From assembly GCF_022045235.1 (NCBI RefSeq), contig NW_027266330.1, positions 33,790,001-33,854,000 on the forward strand: a DNA stretch of 64,000 nucleotides, in the 5' to 3' direction. Positions within the stretch are counted from its first letter, which is position 1. Every line of letters begins with the position of its first letter. This document shows, piece after piece, positions 35,905-48,832 of the stretch. Source of the DNA: Haliotis cracherodii. Lineage: Eukaryota. The translations under genes were made by a program, and so were the position numbers. The notes below the pieces were generated by a model, which had not been told where the DNA came from, searched no databases, and saw nothing but the letters and a program-made list of their open reading frames with translations.

Positions 35905-37070
35905 AGGTTGTATGGGTGTGGTGGATTACCTCCGGTGTAAGGGTGTGGTGGATTACCTCGGGTGTATGGGTGTAGTGGATTACCTCCTGTGTATGGGTAT
36001 GGTGGATCTCCTCGGGTGTATGGGTATGGTGGGTGACCTCGGGTGTATGGGTGTGGTGGATTACCTCGGGTGTATGGGTGTGGTGGATTACCTCGGGTGT
36101 ATGGGTGTGGTGGATTACCTCGGGTATACGGGTGTGGTGACCTCGGGTGTATGGGTGTGATAGAACACTTCGGGTGTATGGGTGTGATAGAACACTTCGG
36201 GTGTATGGGTGTGATAGAACACTTCGGGTGTATGGGTGTGATAGAACACTTCGGGTGTATGGGTGTGATAGAACACTTCGGGTGTATGGGTGTGATAGAA
36301 CACTTCGGGTGTATGGGTGTGATAGAACACTTCGGGTGTATGAGTGTGATAGAACACTTCGGGTGTATGGGTTTGATAGAACACTTCGTGTGTATGGGTG
36401 TGATAGAACACTTCGAGTGTATGGGTGTGATAGAACACTTCGGGTGTATGGGTGTGATAGAACACTTCGGGTGTATGGGTGTGATAGAACACTTCGGGTG
36501 TATGGGTGTGATAGAACACTTCGGGTGTATGGGTTTGATAGAACACTTCGTGTGTATGGGTGTGATAGAACACTTCGGGTGTATGGGTGTGATAGAACAC
36601 TTCGTGTGTATGGGTGTGATAGAACACTTGGTGTGTATGGGTGTGATAGAACACTTCGGGTGTATGGGTTTGATAGTACACTTCGTGTGTATGGGTGTGA
36701 TAGAACACTTCGGGTGTATGGGTGTGATAGAACACTTCGGGTGTATGGGTGTGATAGAACACTTCGGGTGTATGGGTGTGATAGAACACTTCGGGTGTAT
36801 GGGTGTGATAGAACACTTCGTGTGTATGGGTGTGATAGAACACTTCGGGTGTATGGGTGTGATAGAAAACTTCGGGTGTATGGGTGTGATAGAACACTTC
36901 GGGTGTATGGGTGTGATAGAACACTTCGGGTGTATGGGGCAAATGAATCACCTCGGGTGTATGGATGTAGTGCATCACCTCGGGTGCACGAGCGTAGATG
37001 TATCACTTCGGGTGTATGGGAGTACGTGGACCACTTGGGGTGTATGGGTGTGATAGATCACTTCAGGTGT
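35905..37070 (+). repeat. Second 27-bp minisatellite (~43 copies)
   Basis: Unit GGGTGTATGGGTGTGATAGAACACTTC; homogeneous core with diverged edges. Confidence 0.95.
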
Positions 37071-37336
37071 TCCGGATCGCCTCATATTGGTGGTCACACA
37101 AACATATTAGCCCAGTACATGAATGACATGCAACATTGCCAGTTCACTTAGATACAGAACTTGTGCCAATCCTTTTTTCGGGATACAAAACGAGCACAAA
37201 TGCTGGCCCCTATTGAATGATTTCTCCCACTTAACCATGCTATGGTTGATATATTATTTCTCTCTAATTTTGCACAGTAAAATATAGTTGCGTCAGTTTT
37301 AACACCCAGTGATTTCCTGGCACAGAATCAACAGAA

Positions 37337-37771
37337 GGGGTGGCACAGTCGTCTAAAGCGCCGCAATTCGCTGTGCAGAGTTGCGTCCTTTGGATATGTG
37401 AGAAACCTATGATCGGGGTTTAAATCCCGGTTCGCCCCGGATATGTTTCCTTTTCTCGGCGGCTTGTAACCACCCCATGGTATATTATTCCGAAGAAAGC
37501 ATACAATTGAATATTGGGTGTCTAAGGCGCCGCGATTCGCTGTGCAGAGTTGCGTCCCTTGGTCACGCCAGAAACCTATGATTGTGGATTCGCCCCGATT
37601 ATGTTTCTAGGTTTGTCAGCACCATACCCATGCTCGTGGGTTTCACCGAAGTGGTAAACGTCTGAGACCAGCGACACTTCGGAATTTCCTCCCACATTCA
37701 GCTGACACGCCGTGATATAACTAGAATACTGTTAAAGGCGGCGTTAAACCCAACTCACTCACTCACTCACT
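37337..37771 (+). mobile_element. Family A SINEs: partial head (37337-37445) and near-full copy (37518-37771)
   Basis: GTCTAAGGCGCCGCGATTCGCTGTGCAGAG heads and (TCAC)n tail. Confidence 0.85.
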
Positions 37772-37989
37772 TGTTTGCCCATTGGTGACGAACGTGGTTT
37801 AGAATTTTCATGATTAGATACAAATAATAGCTGGGTTCGGTTAAGACACTCTCTGTGAATTTTGTACACAATTTTACATTCCCTTTCGTTTCTGCTTTTG
37901 AATGAAATGAACCCCCACATGTTATGACGACAATATTTCGACAAAACACAAAAGCGAAAGCGCTACCTTACAAATGCGGACCGATCATG

Positions 37990-38262
37990 AACGTGTGTGT
38001 GTGTGTGGATTGTTTCTACTAGTCCGGACTGATGTCGTTTTCATACTTCACGCCCACTGAGCCAGACACCATGCTGCAGATTAACATGGCTTCCCCACTC
38101 AAACACAACCGACTAAACCAATCATCTTTGTATCCACTTAAAGCCGAGCGCCAGGCAGGGTAACAACAAGTTATCTTTCTACGTAATTCTGTATGACGCG
38201 GACGGGGTTCGAATCACCGATCTCTGGGCAGACACTCTTTCCACCAGACCACTGAGGCGGTC
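37990..38262 (-). mobile_element. Family D SINE, diverged
   Basis: GCCGAGCGCCAGGCAGGGTAACAACAAGT core; head ends at GAGGCGGTC. Confidence 0.7.
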
Positions 38263-38479
38263 TAACGTCAGCCATAACTACACGGTATAACTATACGATA
38301 TTAGTATAGCTGAATACTTCTCACGCTCGACATAACGTCCTTGACCTTCATTGTGGGTGTAGCTGCGTGGTTCATTGCATATAGCGTCATTTCGATAACG
38401 GCAAGAGAATCCACATCGAAACGTCGCTATATGCATTGAACTAGAAGTTGTTATCCATATAGTTGCGCTCACCAACTTC

Positions 38480-38650
38480 TAGAATGCCAATCAAAAAGTT
38501 GTAACGTTTTACATTGACGCACTTACTGTGTATTTAGGCGGTAGTGTATATCTTAAAGCATTGTGCACCAATGTGTCGCCACGGGGCCCCTTTAAAGCCC
38601 CACCCTGACTATAAATAGCGGGCAAGGTGGCGGTGTTCCAGTTTCGAACA
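38480..38650 (+). promoter_or_regulatory. Candidate Pol II core promoter (TATA + initiator)
   Basis: TATAAATA at 38610, CCAGTTT (YYANWYY) with A at 38640 exactly 30 nt later, two upstream CCAAT motifs. Confidence 0.4.
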
Positions 38651-38905
38651 GTGACCGGCAACGTAAACACAAGTGTCGAAAGAAGCTTTTTGAAAACCGT
38701 ACGTAAACAGAATCACCATGGCCAAAAAACATCAAACTTCGTATCAACTTGGACAAACCTTGGATACCGCAAAAGGCTCTATAAATTAGTCAACAAATGT
38801 AGATTTATCATGAACAGATCTAATCTGTCATGTTTGGGTGACTGCCTCAATCACAGTGGGCCGAGCTTAATTAGGGCTGCGCTACAAATAGCAAAGCACA
38901 TGGTA

Positions 38906-39080
38906 CCGTAAACTACGATTATAACGAACTCGAGGGGACCACAAATTTTAGTTCGTAATAACCGCAGTTCGTTATAAGCATACATACAGCATATGTACAA
39001 CAACTGGTCGGGACTAAAAAATAAATTCGTTATATCGGTCAGTTCGTTATAAGCGTGTTCGTTATAACCGTAGTTTACTG
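38906..39080. mobile_element. Tigger/pogo-like MITE
   Basis: TA-CCGTAAACTACGATTATAACGAAC ... GTTCGTTATAACCGTAGTTTACTG-TA. Confidence 0.8.
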
Positions 39081-39662
39081 TAATGTTGACATGTGGCATA
39101 TTCGATGCATTTAAAGTCGAACTGTATTGTGGTTTATATATTTACGGCAGAACAACAGCACAACAACAGTTTCGGTAAATGTAAACAGTAACGACACGTA
39201 GATACGAAAACTAAGTGCGCTCGACAGAAAATATAAATATGATACATGCATTGGACCGTATCTGCATCGCTTGACAGTAATTAAATCATGCAACAATTTT
39301 CAAATAACGTGAGTGTGCTGTAATATCTACAGATTGCCTAGGATTACACGTGATATAGAAGAACGGAGGGAGGGTGTTCGTGGGTGGGTGAGTGTTTTGT
39401 TGGTGCTGCAATCAGGGTGGGAATAAAGAACTGATGATGAAAAAAATATGGCTGCGGGAGCCACTGTGTAACAAAGTACAACCACATTAATAGTACTTAT
39501 TGTTTGTTTCATACTTGGGTAAGCCACTGCTGACGTTAAAGCTATCGTATTCCAAAAGGAACTGTAGACAAACACGCAGTATACGCCCAATTGCAGTCAC
39601 CTAAGCGAAGCAGTTTAAGAAATATAGCAATACTATTACATCCAAGACAAAACAGTTGCCAG

Positions 39663-40010
39663 CTTCCCGAGGCAAGAGAGATAACTGACTTTAAAAGTCC
39701 AGTTTCCACCCTTGCCCAACTAGGCTGGAAATCCTGGGTTCTATCGTAGCGCCACCAGTGGCTAGTACCAGCTATGTCCCTTCTAAGCCTCTCCTTTAGA
39801 CCAATCAGGTTCCACCTCTCGTATCAATTGCATTTGCTTGAAATCTGCACGACAGTTTACGAACCGGATTTCGATTCCGTTGCACGATTTTGATTGGACT
39901 ATGCATAGACTCGTTAGTCCAGCCAAAATGTAACTCCATAATACCAGTCTAGCTCGGCAAGGATGGAAACCGGACTTTTATAGTCAGTTATACTCCCTTG
40001 CCTTGGGAAG
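39663..40010. mobile_element. MITE with ~67-bp imperfect inverted arms
   Basis: CTTCCCGAGGCAAG..ATAACTGACTTTAAAAGTCCAGTTTCCACCCTTGCC..CTAGGCTGG mirrored at 39943-40010. Confidence 0.7.
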
Positions 40011-41099
40011 ATGTACAGTTGCATAAACGATAATTACTTGATAAAGACTGTGTCAGGAAGGTACTAAATAGAGCTAGGAAATTGCTCAATACAATGTGAA
40101 ATGCGTATCACGCTTCTTAAAACTGTTAACGTGCCAAATGCCAACTTATAGACGTCTATAGAAAGTCAAAGTCGGATCCGAGTCCAAGGTTCGAGATTGG
40201 GCTAAGTGTTTATCTCGAATTCAAGATCAGTTTGTTGTGCATTAATAATGGTCGGGGCAGGCGAATAGGTTCGACATGTTGGTACATTTAAGATAACGAT
40301 GTCGAGATCGGGGTCCGACTGTATGCTCATTAAAGATGCACATCACAACATAGGAAGGTACTCGCTCCCCCTCTCTGTGAACAGGTATATCAATTCGGCA
40401 CTTCATTTCTCTTGATAAAATATTTTGTACGAGAAACTATTTTGGAACGAGAAATACAATTTGTCATATAAGTAGTATGTATCAATTACAACACGAACAT
40501 GGGACAAAATTGACGCAAATCGTAGACTTGAAAAACTTCAGAATCAGTAAAGAATTACGGATTCTTTTTAAACCCACGTTCACATGATTTTGGCATGACA
40601 GAGGGACGTAACTCTTCATGGGCCGGATGAGAGCGGTGATACACTTAGTCCAATCACACAAATACCTACTTTCTCTTACATGACTTCTCACTTATCATTT
40701 TAATAACAGGTCAGTTATTCGCCGGTTAGGACATATTTTATAATGTTTAAAACTCGGTTGCCGTGACTTATTGTTTTAGGTATGGCCCCTTTAATAATAT
40801 ATTCATTAATTATGTCGCGAAATTGGTCTCTTTAAGTAAGACACATAATACCCTTGTGTGTGAGAATGCCCCTGGTATCTGTTCTGTTTTCATCACATGT
40901 GAATGTAACGGCATTTTCCTGATATGAAATTCCATGTATATTAATATGCATCACGTGTGGAACGTTAATTCATTTGAAATCCATATTGTTATCTATGAAA
41001 TATGAGCCTCCGTTACGATAACGATTTGGAGTGCATGAATCATGGGAACCCTAAAATGTCACACATATAGCTATTACATTACTACAACGGCAAAGTCAG

Positions 41100-41225
41100 G
41101 AGCACAGGTATGGTGCTGACGGACCTAGAAACATAACGGGGCTAACCAGGAATCGAGCCCACAATCATAGGTTCCTGGCGTGCCCAAGGGACGCAACTCT
41201 GCACAGCGAAATGCGGCGCGGTGCC
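41100..41225 (-). mobile_element. Family A SINE, head half
   Basis: CACAATCATAGG..GGCGTGCCCAAGGGACGCAACTCTGCACAGCG match. Confidence 0.75.
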
Positions 41226-42174
41226 TTAAACTTACTTACTTTCTTAACTTAGAAATTTAACGTGCGCTTTCCGACATATGCGAATTTCGCGCACAGGCCA
41301 TTTGGTGTTTGGTCGAAAAGGGTATGTCCAAAAAGGTAAGGCAAAATAGGTGGATTTTTTAAAGTTGCTTACATAATTTGGAGAAAAAAATTGGAATTTT
41401 GAAATAAAAAAGTTGAAGGGCGGGAGGGGAGAACTAAAAGGAGTTTGTGTGTTTTTATAGGTCAAGAGTTTTAAGGTTTATTGGCAACTTGTTTGTTGTA
41501 CTTTAATTTTTAAATGCGGCCAAGTAGGCCTGTTTTGATTAGATATATGCCTAGAGCTTTAAAGTTTTGTAAATCATTTAGGGGGTTTAGTACAGTTGCT
41601 AGTGTCATTTGATTGTTGCAATTAGTGTGGATTGGAGTGTTTGTCTGTGTTGCTGGTAATGTGTGCAATATAGTATTACATGTTCAGGTGTTTCTTTCAA
41701 GTTGCAGTGGGGGCATACCGGTTTTGTGTTTTTTAATTTGGTGTAGGCGGGAGTTAGGGCCACCCTAAGTGGGCCAGGTAGTGTAAATTAACTGACGTAC
41801 TTTAAACAAACCCGTAAGAAGAGGGTTAGCGAAGGTCCAGGAAGTCTCTATTGATTCTTGGAAGAGATGATTGCATTGGATCTAGTGGTCAGGCTCGGTG
41901 ACCTGGATGAAGGCGCATTTTCGAATACCGACGGCGAGCGATCATAAAATAAACCATTGGTTTGTCGGGCTCAGGGTAAGACTCCGTTGATCCAATCCAT
42001 GGTCAGGTGCCTGCGTGACATTTATATATCTCTTACATCCCGTTTTATGTTATATGAGCCTGTAGATAAACATTCAGCAAAAGTTTTAAATACTTAATTA
42101 CTGCTGTCAGGTGAGACTGTTGAAGTGGCTTCATCCTCAAAGGAAACGTGGTGTAGAGTTCGTGACTTTTTATC

Positions 42175-43975
42175 TCACACAGGCTGCTACTGTGCATACA
42201 CCAGGGAGATTGATACAGCTCTTACATGCTGCTCATCGTGTATACACGAGGGAGATTGATACAGCTCATACAGGCTGCTCATCGTGTATACACGAGGGAG
42301 ATTGATACAGCTCATACAGGCTGCTCACTGTGTATACACGAGGGACATTGATACAGCACATACAGGCTACTACTGTGTATATACGAGGGACATTGATACA
42401 GCTCATACAGGCTGCTACTGTGCATACACCAGGACGATTGATAGGGCTCATACAGGCTGCTCACTGTGTATACACCAGGGACATTGATACAGCTCATACA
42501 GGCTGCTCACTGTGTATACACGAGGGACATTGATACAGCACATGCAGGCTGCTCAAAGTGTATACACGAGGGACATTGATACAGCACATTCAGGCTGCTA
42601 CTGTGCATACACCAGGAAGATTGATAGCGCTCATACAGGCTGCTCACTGTGTATACACGAGGGACATTGATACAGCACATACAGGCTGCTCATCGTGTAT
42701 ACACGAGGGAGATTGATACAGCTCATACAGGCTGCTCACTGTGTATACACGAGGGACATTGATACAGCTCATACAGGCTGCTACTGTGCATACACCAGGA
42801 AGATTGATAGCGCTCATACAGGCTGCTCACTGTGCATTTACCAGGGACATTGATGCAGCTCATACAGGCTGCTCACTGTGTATATACCAGAGACATTGAT
42901 ACAGCTCATACAGGCTGCTCACTGTGTATTCACCAGGGACATTGCTACAGCTCATACAGGCTGCTCACTGTGTATTCACCAGGGACATTGATGCAGCTCA
43001 TACAGGCTGCTCTCTGTGTATTCACCAGGGACATTGCTACAGCTCATACAGGCTGCTCACTGTGTATACACAAGGGACATTGATACAGCTCATACAGGCT
43101 GCTCACTGTGTATACTCTAGGGACATTGATACAGCTCATACAGACTGCTCACTGTGTATTCACCAGGGACATTGCTAAAGCTCATACAGGCTGCTCACTG
43201 TGTATTCACCAGGGACATTGATGCAGCTCATACAGGCTGCTCTCTGTGTATTCACCAGGGACATTGCTACAGCTCATACAGGCTGCTCTCTGTGTATTCA
43301 CCAGGGACATTGCTACAGCTCATACAGGCTGCTCACTGTGTATACACAAGGGACATTGATACAGCTCATACATACTGCTCACTGTGTATACTCTAGGGAC
43401 ATTGATACAGCTCATACAGACTGCTCACTGTGTATTCACCAGGAACCTTGATACAGCTCATACAGGCTGCTCACTGTGCATACACGAGGGACATTGATAC
43501 AGCTCATACAGGCTGCTCACTGTGTATACACCAGAGACATTGATACAGCTCATACAGGCTGTTCACTGTGTATTCACCAGGGACATTGCTACAGCTCATA
43601 CAGGCTGCTTGCTCACTGTGTATTCACCAGGGATATTAATACAGCTCATACAGGCTGCTCACTGTGTATACACTATGGACATTGGTACAGCTCATACAGG
43701 CTGCTCACTGTTTATACACCAGGGACATTGATACAGCTCATACAGGCTGCTCACTGTGTATACACCAGGAGGATTGAAACAGCTCATACAGGCTGCTCAC
43801 TGTGTATCCAACAGGGACATTGATACAGCTCATACAGGCTGCTCACCGTGTACACACCAGGGACATTGATACAGCTCATACAGGCTGCTCACTGTGTGTA
43901 CACCAGGGGCATTGACACAGCTCATACAGTCTGCTCATTTTTCGCCAAGGATATTGATACAGCTCATACAGGCTT
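42175..43975 (+). repeat. 46-bp minisatellite (~39 copies)
   Basis: Unit CTCATACAGGCTGCTCACTGTGTATACACCAGGGACATTGATACAG. Confidence 0.95.
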
Positions 43976-44739
43976 CATAGTTAAAACCGACAAAGACATT
44001 TGATATCTGCAGTATCGACATGTGGATGTATAACATCGTCATACCTCTTAGGGTGAGTAAACTTGGATGTGGAAAGGATCCACCCTTGTTCCTGTGCATG
44101 TACAAATGTGCTTACGAAACAGTTTGTACCAACCTGAACCGTGACAAAACTGTATGCACACGGTACGTTGTTCTGCTTAGTTACATGCATTTTTTAATTG
44201 CATTAAACACTCCAATGACGTTATAATATGCCAGTAAAGTATTCGTTATTCTGTGTTGGATATATGAATTTTGACACCGAGCATTAAATATGTTGAGTGT
44301 GTCGAGTGGATGTTCGTCAGAAGCTTTGAGATAATATTTGAACGTCATTGGAGCGTATAATAAACTAATAACGTAACTTGTGCATAAAGTTTTGTTTGCG
44401 ACAGTTCAGTTCGATCACTGCTTCAAGACAAACCATTTTTATCTTGAAGAGGGCGCTGGCACTGAAAAGGTGGCATCAGGCCGGACCAGTAGAAGCAGAA
44501 ATAGAGCGCGCTAGTGTGCGCATAATGTACACGCCGCGATACAGACAGACAGACAGATATGTTCGTCTCACCGCTGCACATTGTAAAAACATGCAAAAAA
44601 TAGACGTTTATACATAAAAATAATAATACAGCGCTACTCATATAAAGTTATGAGAGACGATAGACAACACTGGATGATATATACAGATAAAAATGTAAAC
44701 AATGTGTGACATTAACAAGTGGGTTTAGGCAGAGACTTA

Positions 44740-45365
44740 AAAAGTTGGACATTTTAGCCGTTATACTCGTAAAAAATGTAGTTATTAGATCATCTTATGG
44801 TGGACATTGGAATAAAACATGTTTTTCATCTTCAATATGATCATTACAGTTACAACACACTCTGTCTTCAACCTTTGAATTAATAGATCTGCCTTTTTCG
44901 ATTCTTAAAGGTAAAATTCCACATCTAAATTTTGTAAAGGCAGATCGGGGCATATAACTCTTGATATAGTTTTTGCACATTATCTTTCTATAAAAAATCC
45001 TTTCATCTTTTCAGATATTTTCCCATAAGGACATCTTGTATTTCGCCACGATTAACATCAAACCAGGATGTAAACATACCATTTACTCGCACACTACATT
45101 TAACGTTTCGATGAAATGACTGAAGCGCTACTAGCATGTTCCCATTGAAACCAGCATCGCGAAGTTCATGCCATAGCAGATTTCTGTTGACCCAATCATA
45201 GGCTTTTTTTAAATCTATAAAAGTAGTAAACGTTGAATTTTTTCATACTTTTTCTAGTTTCTATAATTGAACATACGGTGTGAACATGGTCTACAGTGTA
45301 CCTCTTCTTAACAAAACCAATTTTGGCATTATTCAAAACACCGGTAGATTCTGCCCAAGATCGTA
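44740..45365 (-). mobile_element. LINE fragments (RT domain piece joined to ORF2 C-terminus), RTEX/L2-like
   Basis: FIDLKKAYDWVNRNLLW RT motif and RSAFTKFRCGILPLRIEKGR..CCNC..EDEKHVLFQCP zinc-binding tail. Confidence 0.75.
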
Positions 45366-46177
45366 ATCATTGATTAAGGACAATTATATATAGACGCAAT
45401 AATCGTGAGGGTGACGACGTTAAACCCCATTTCACCTCACCTCACGTGAAATGTGGAACAATTTAACGATTTTGCACAATATATTTTATAACGACGTGTC
45501 AGGGCTACTTCTTGTCCCATCCTCAACAACAATAACGAAACTGTTATCCAGAAATATATATATATACTTTTATTCCTCCATAGGAGAGTTACAAGGTATA
45601 ATATTAAAGATAATTACAAGAAAATAATTACATTGTCAGAGAATACCACCATATACCACTGTGGTAACGGATTTTCTTAGTAAATTCCGTCCATAAGCGG
45701 TAGAGTCCTCGAATTACACTTCGTGAGTAAGAGCGACTGGTATCTGGATCAGTATCTAATTTAAAGGTGGCTTACAGGACTACAAACAAGCTACACGATC
45801 ATAGTCTGATTTGCCGTGGAGTTCAACGCTGATGTCACACACACAATGTCACACCATAAGTTCTCTCTTATTTTTCCCATACTCACACAGTGGCACAGTA
45901 CGTGAGTCAGTAAGTCATGGTAGTTAATACCACAATGTGTACAGGGACCATGTAATTTCCCCGGTCTCCACATCGCACACATGGGAAAAAAAACAGGCAG
46001 CTGCCTTTACCTCAGGACATTCTCTAGCTATCCTCCACGCCACGTGTGGAGTCACATCTCTCAAACTGCACAGTGTCAGGGTCTGATGAAAGTCTTTCCC
46101 GACATTTTCCTGGCAGCATTGGCTCCTTCAGGCGCCCCAGAAATCTCTAATAATGGATTAATTACTTTGTGTTTCAG

Positions 46178-47287
46178 AATGGACGTCTCATGTGGGTCTT
46201 CCTGGGATGTGTGACCCTTTGTATTATTGTTACATGCGCCATGCAAGTGAAGATGTATGTGTTTAGCATCGTGAACATGGGAGAAACTGGCGGAATGAGA
46301 ACATCATCATCCAGAATCAGTGATAAGAACATGCATGGAAGACCAGATCAAAAGGAGACAGTCAAGGATAAGTACATCGTCTACACCTGTAACACAGGAC
46401 GTTGTGGCGGGCTGGCGGACAGACAGAAGGGCATTGTCACAGCCTTTGTGTTGTCGCAGATGTTAGGACGGCTGTTTGGCATTAGTATGTTCAAGCCGTG
46501 TGACATCTCAGAGTTCGTCATCCCTAAGGACGTGGATTGGACACTTGATAGTAGAACATTAGCACATTTGAAAAAGGAATGGTTTGTTGATATGGATGGT
46601 AATGGCATGGGTGTTGCTATGGCTACAGGAGATCTGGAAGCAATGTTTCAGAACGACGGTACTATGTACACTGGAAATATAGATTTGGTTCCTTATCTCA
46701 TGAAAAATCCGTTGTTTCACAAAGTCTCTTGGGCTCGGAAATTAAGTCATCTTGATATTTATAAATACGCATTTGAAAAACTATTCAAACTTTCGCATAA
46801 AACACAAGATAAATTTGATGAAATAATAGGAACAATTGATTCAAATCACCAAAAGCTGGTGTGTGCCCATATACGAATGGGAAAAAGCCGGACAATCCCC
46901 AGAGATAATAGTCGAAAGGCTCACCGGCCTGATCCGGAAAGTCTGATCCGTTTTTTCAAAACGAGGCTACATCCGGGTTCTGATAAGCTGTTCATTGCAA
47001 CAGATTCACAGCAGGTCAGGATTCGGTTTAAAAAAGCATTTCCTGACTCCTATCTAGAAGCAAAAGGGCAGATTGTTCACATAGATCGCCCATCAGGGAC
47101 GTTTGAGTGTTCGGCGATGGAGAAGGTTGTCCTGGACCAGTATGTTTTGTCAGAATGCGACACTTTGGTGATGTCTGTTAGTGGTTTCAGTCGACTTGCT
47201 GCAATAATGAGAGGGCGAGACGAAGATCTGTTTTTAGCCAGGGGAAAGAACGTTTCAGAGAGTCCCAGGCTTTCTCCAACACTATGA
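46178..47287 (+). CDS. Type II Golgi glycosyltransferase, alpha-2/alpha-6/O-fucosyltransferase superfamily (GT-B)
   Basis: Acceptor TTTCAG| at 46177, in-frame Met at 46190, TM anchor, CGGLADRQKG, motif I CAHIRMG, motif II LFIATDS, motif III DQYVLSECD..SVSGFSRLAA; uninterrupted ~370-aa frame. Confidence 0.85.
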   Translation, partial: NGRLMWVFLGCVTLCIIVTCAMQVKMYVFSIVNMGETGGMRTSSSRISDKNMHGRPDQKETVKDKYIVYTCNTGRCGGLADRQKGIVTAFVLSQMLGRLFGISMFKPCDISEFVIPKDVDWTLDSRTLAHLKKEWFVDMDGNGMGVAMATGDLEAMFQNDGTMYTGNIDLVPYLMKNPLFHKVSWARKLSHLDIYKYAFEKLFKLSHKTQDKFDEIIGTIDSNHQKLVCAHIRMGKSRTIPRDNSRKAHRPDPESLIRFFKTRLHPGSDKLFIATDSQQVRIRFKKAFPDSYLEAKGQIVHIDRPSGTFECSAMEKVVLDQYVLSECDTLVMSVSGFSRLAAIMRGRDEDLFLARGKNVSESPRLSPTL

Positions 47288-47927
47288 ACCTGTGTTCTTG
47301 TGGGTTCTGTATTTATCTTGGCAGAGACAGGATATTTTACATTCACTACTTCAAAACATACTTTTTAATATTTTTCTCTAAAGGGAGGGCCGTATTATTT
47401 TGACTTTCGGGACATCCAACATTCCCCACAAACTATTGAAAAAAAACAGAGGACAAATATGTTTTGATTAACTATGTTTTCTGGAACAAATGATTTAAAA
47501 AAAGAAAGGTCAGCACCCACCTACAATCTAATGGTGAGTTCCTAACTGTTGCAACTGCTGAATGTGGTGTGAAAACCTTGGTGTGATAATTGTGGGGAAT
47601 CTTGGAATCTATAAGGTTTTAGCGTGTCATGTTTTTAAAACAATTAATACCAATAAAATAAAACATTTTCTCTCATGTTAATGCAATCAGTTATCCATGT
47701 AAACATGTTGCTATCTGCACAATGTCGATGTTACCACGGTTGCAACTTTTTGTATGAACAATAATTGGCCGTTCCTATTTATCAGAATATTGTGAGAAAT
47801 GGCAGATAGACTATTAAATGCATTAGAATTGATTATTTGATTCATTGATTGTTTGCTGCTTAACAAGAGGCGATGATGTCAATCAAGCAAGACAGGCCAC
47901 ACAATCCATTTCGTCGACCATTACGTC

Positions 47928-48350
47928 AAGGTGAAGATCTATGTCCACCTGCTGTTCCACTACCTACAGCGTGAAACCCTATGTCTATATGATGCTCCCC
48001 TACCTGCCAGAGTGGAGACCTATGTCCACCTGCTGTTCGGCTACCTACAGCGTGAAACCCCATGTCTATATGATGCTCCCCTACCTGACAGAGTGGAGAC
48101 CTATGTCCACCTGCTGTTCCGCTACCTACAGCGTGAAACACCATGTCTATATGATGCTCCCCTACCTGACAGAGAGAAGCCCTATGTCCACCTGCTGTTC
48201 CGCTACCTACAGCGTGAAATCCTGTGTCTATATGATGCTCCCCTACCTGACAGAGTGAAGACCTATGTCCACCTGCTGTTCCGCTACCTACAGCGTTAAA
48301 CCCTATGTCTACATGAAGTTCCACTACAAGACAGAGTGAAGACCTATGTC
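47928..48350 (+). repeat. 81-bp tandem repeat (~5 copies)
   Basis: CTATGTCCACCTGCTGTTCC recurs every 81 bp. Confidence 0.9.
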
Positions 48351-48604
48351 CGCGTGATGTTCCACTGTTGCGAAGGTGAAGAGTCACAGATCGTAATTTC
48401 AATGATGCCATCTGGGTTGGCTTGGAGACAGAGCTGGAGTAACCGATGGAACAAAGTATCGTCCTGAAAAGAGGATGTGGAACACAGAGTTACTGTAGGT
48501 ATAAAATACACGTTGAAGAAACAAAAAGGACGAGCTATGATATGAGTCCCTTTGACCACTTGAAAATTGAGAAAATTATTCCACTATTGTTATGGAAAAT
48601 ATCG

Positions 48605-48832
48605 CATACGACACACGACACACACCACACAAAACAGATCACACGATACACAAGACAAAACACAGATCCCATGCATGCCACGACACACACGAGACACAAC
48701 AGATCACACGACACACCACAGAGCACACGACACACCACAGATCACACGAAACAAACTACACACCACTGATCACACCACAGATCACATGACACACACACAC
48801 GACACACCAAAGATCACACGACAAACGACACA
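48605..48832 (+). repeat. CA-rich low-complexity repeat
   Basis: CACACGACACACCACAGAT-like units. Confidence 0.8.

Noticed and set aside
35867-37151. Cys/His-rich repeat ORFs (GCMGVIEHF)n
   Set aside because: Four frames are open because the unit is 27 bp and stop-poor; non-coding minisatellite.
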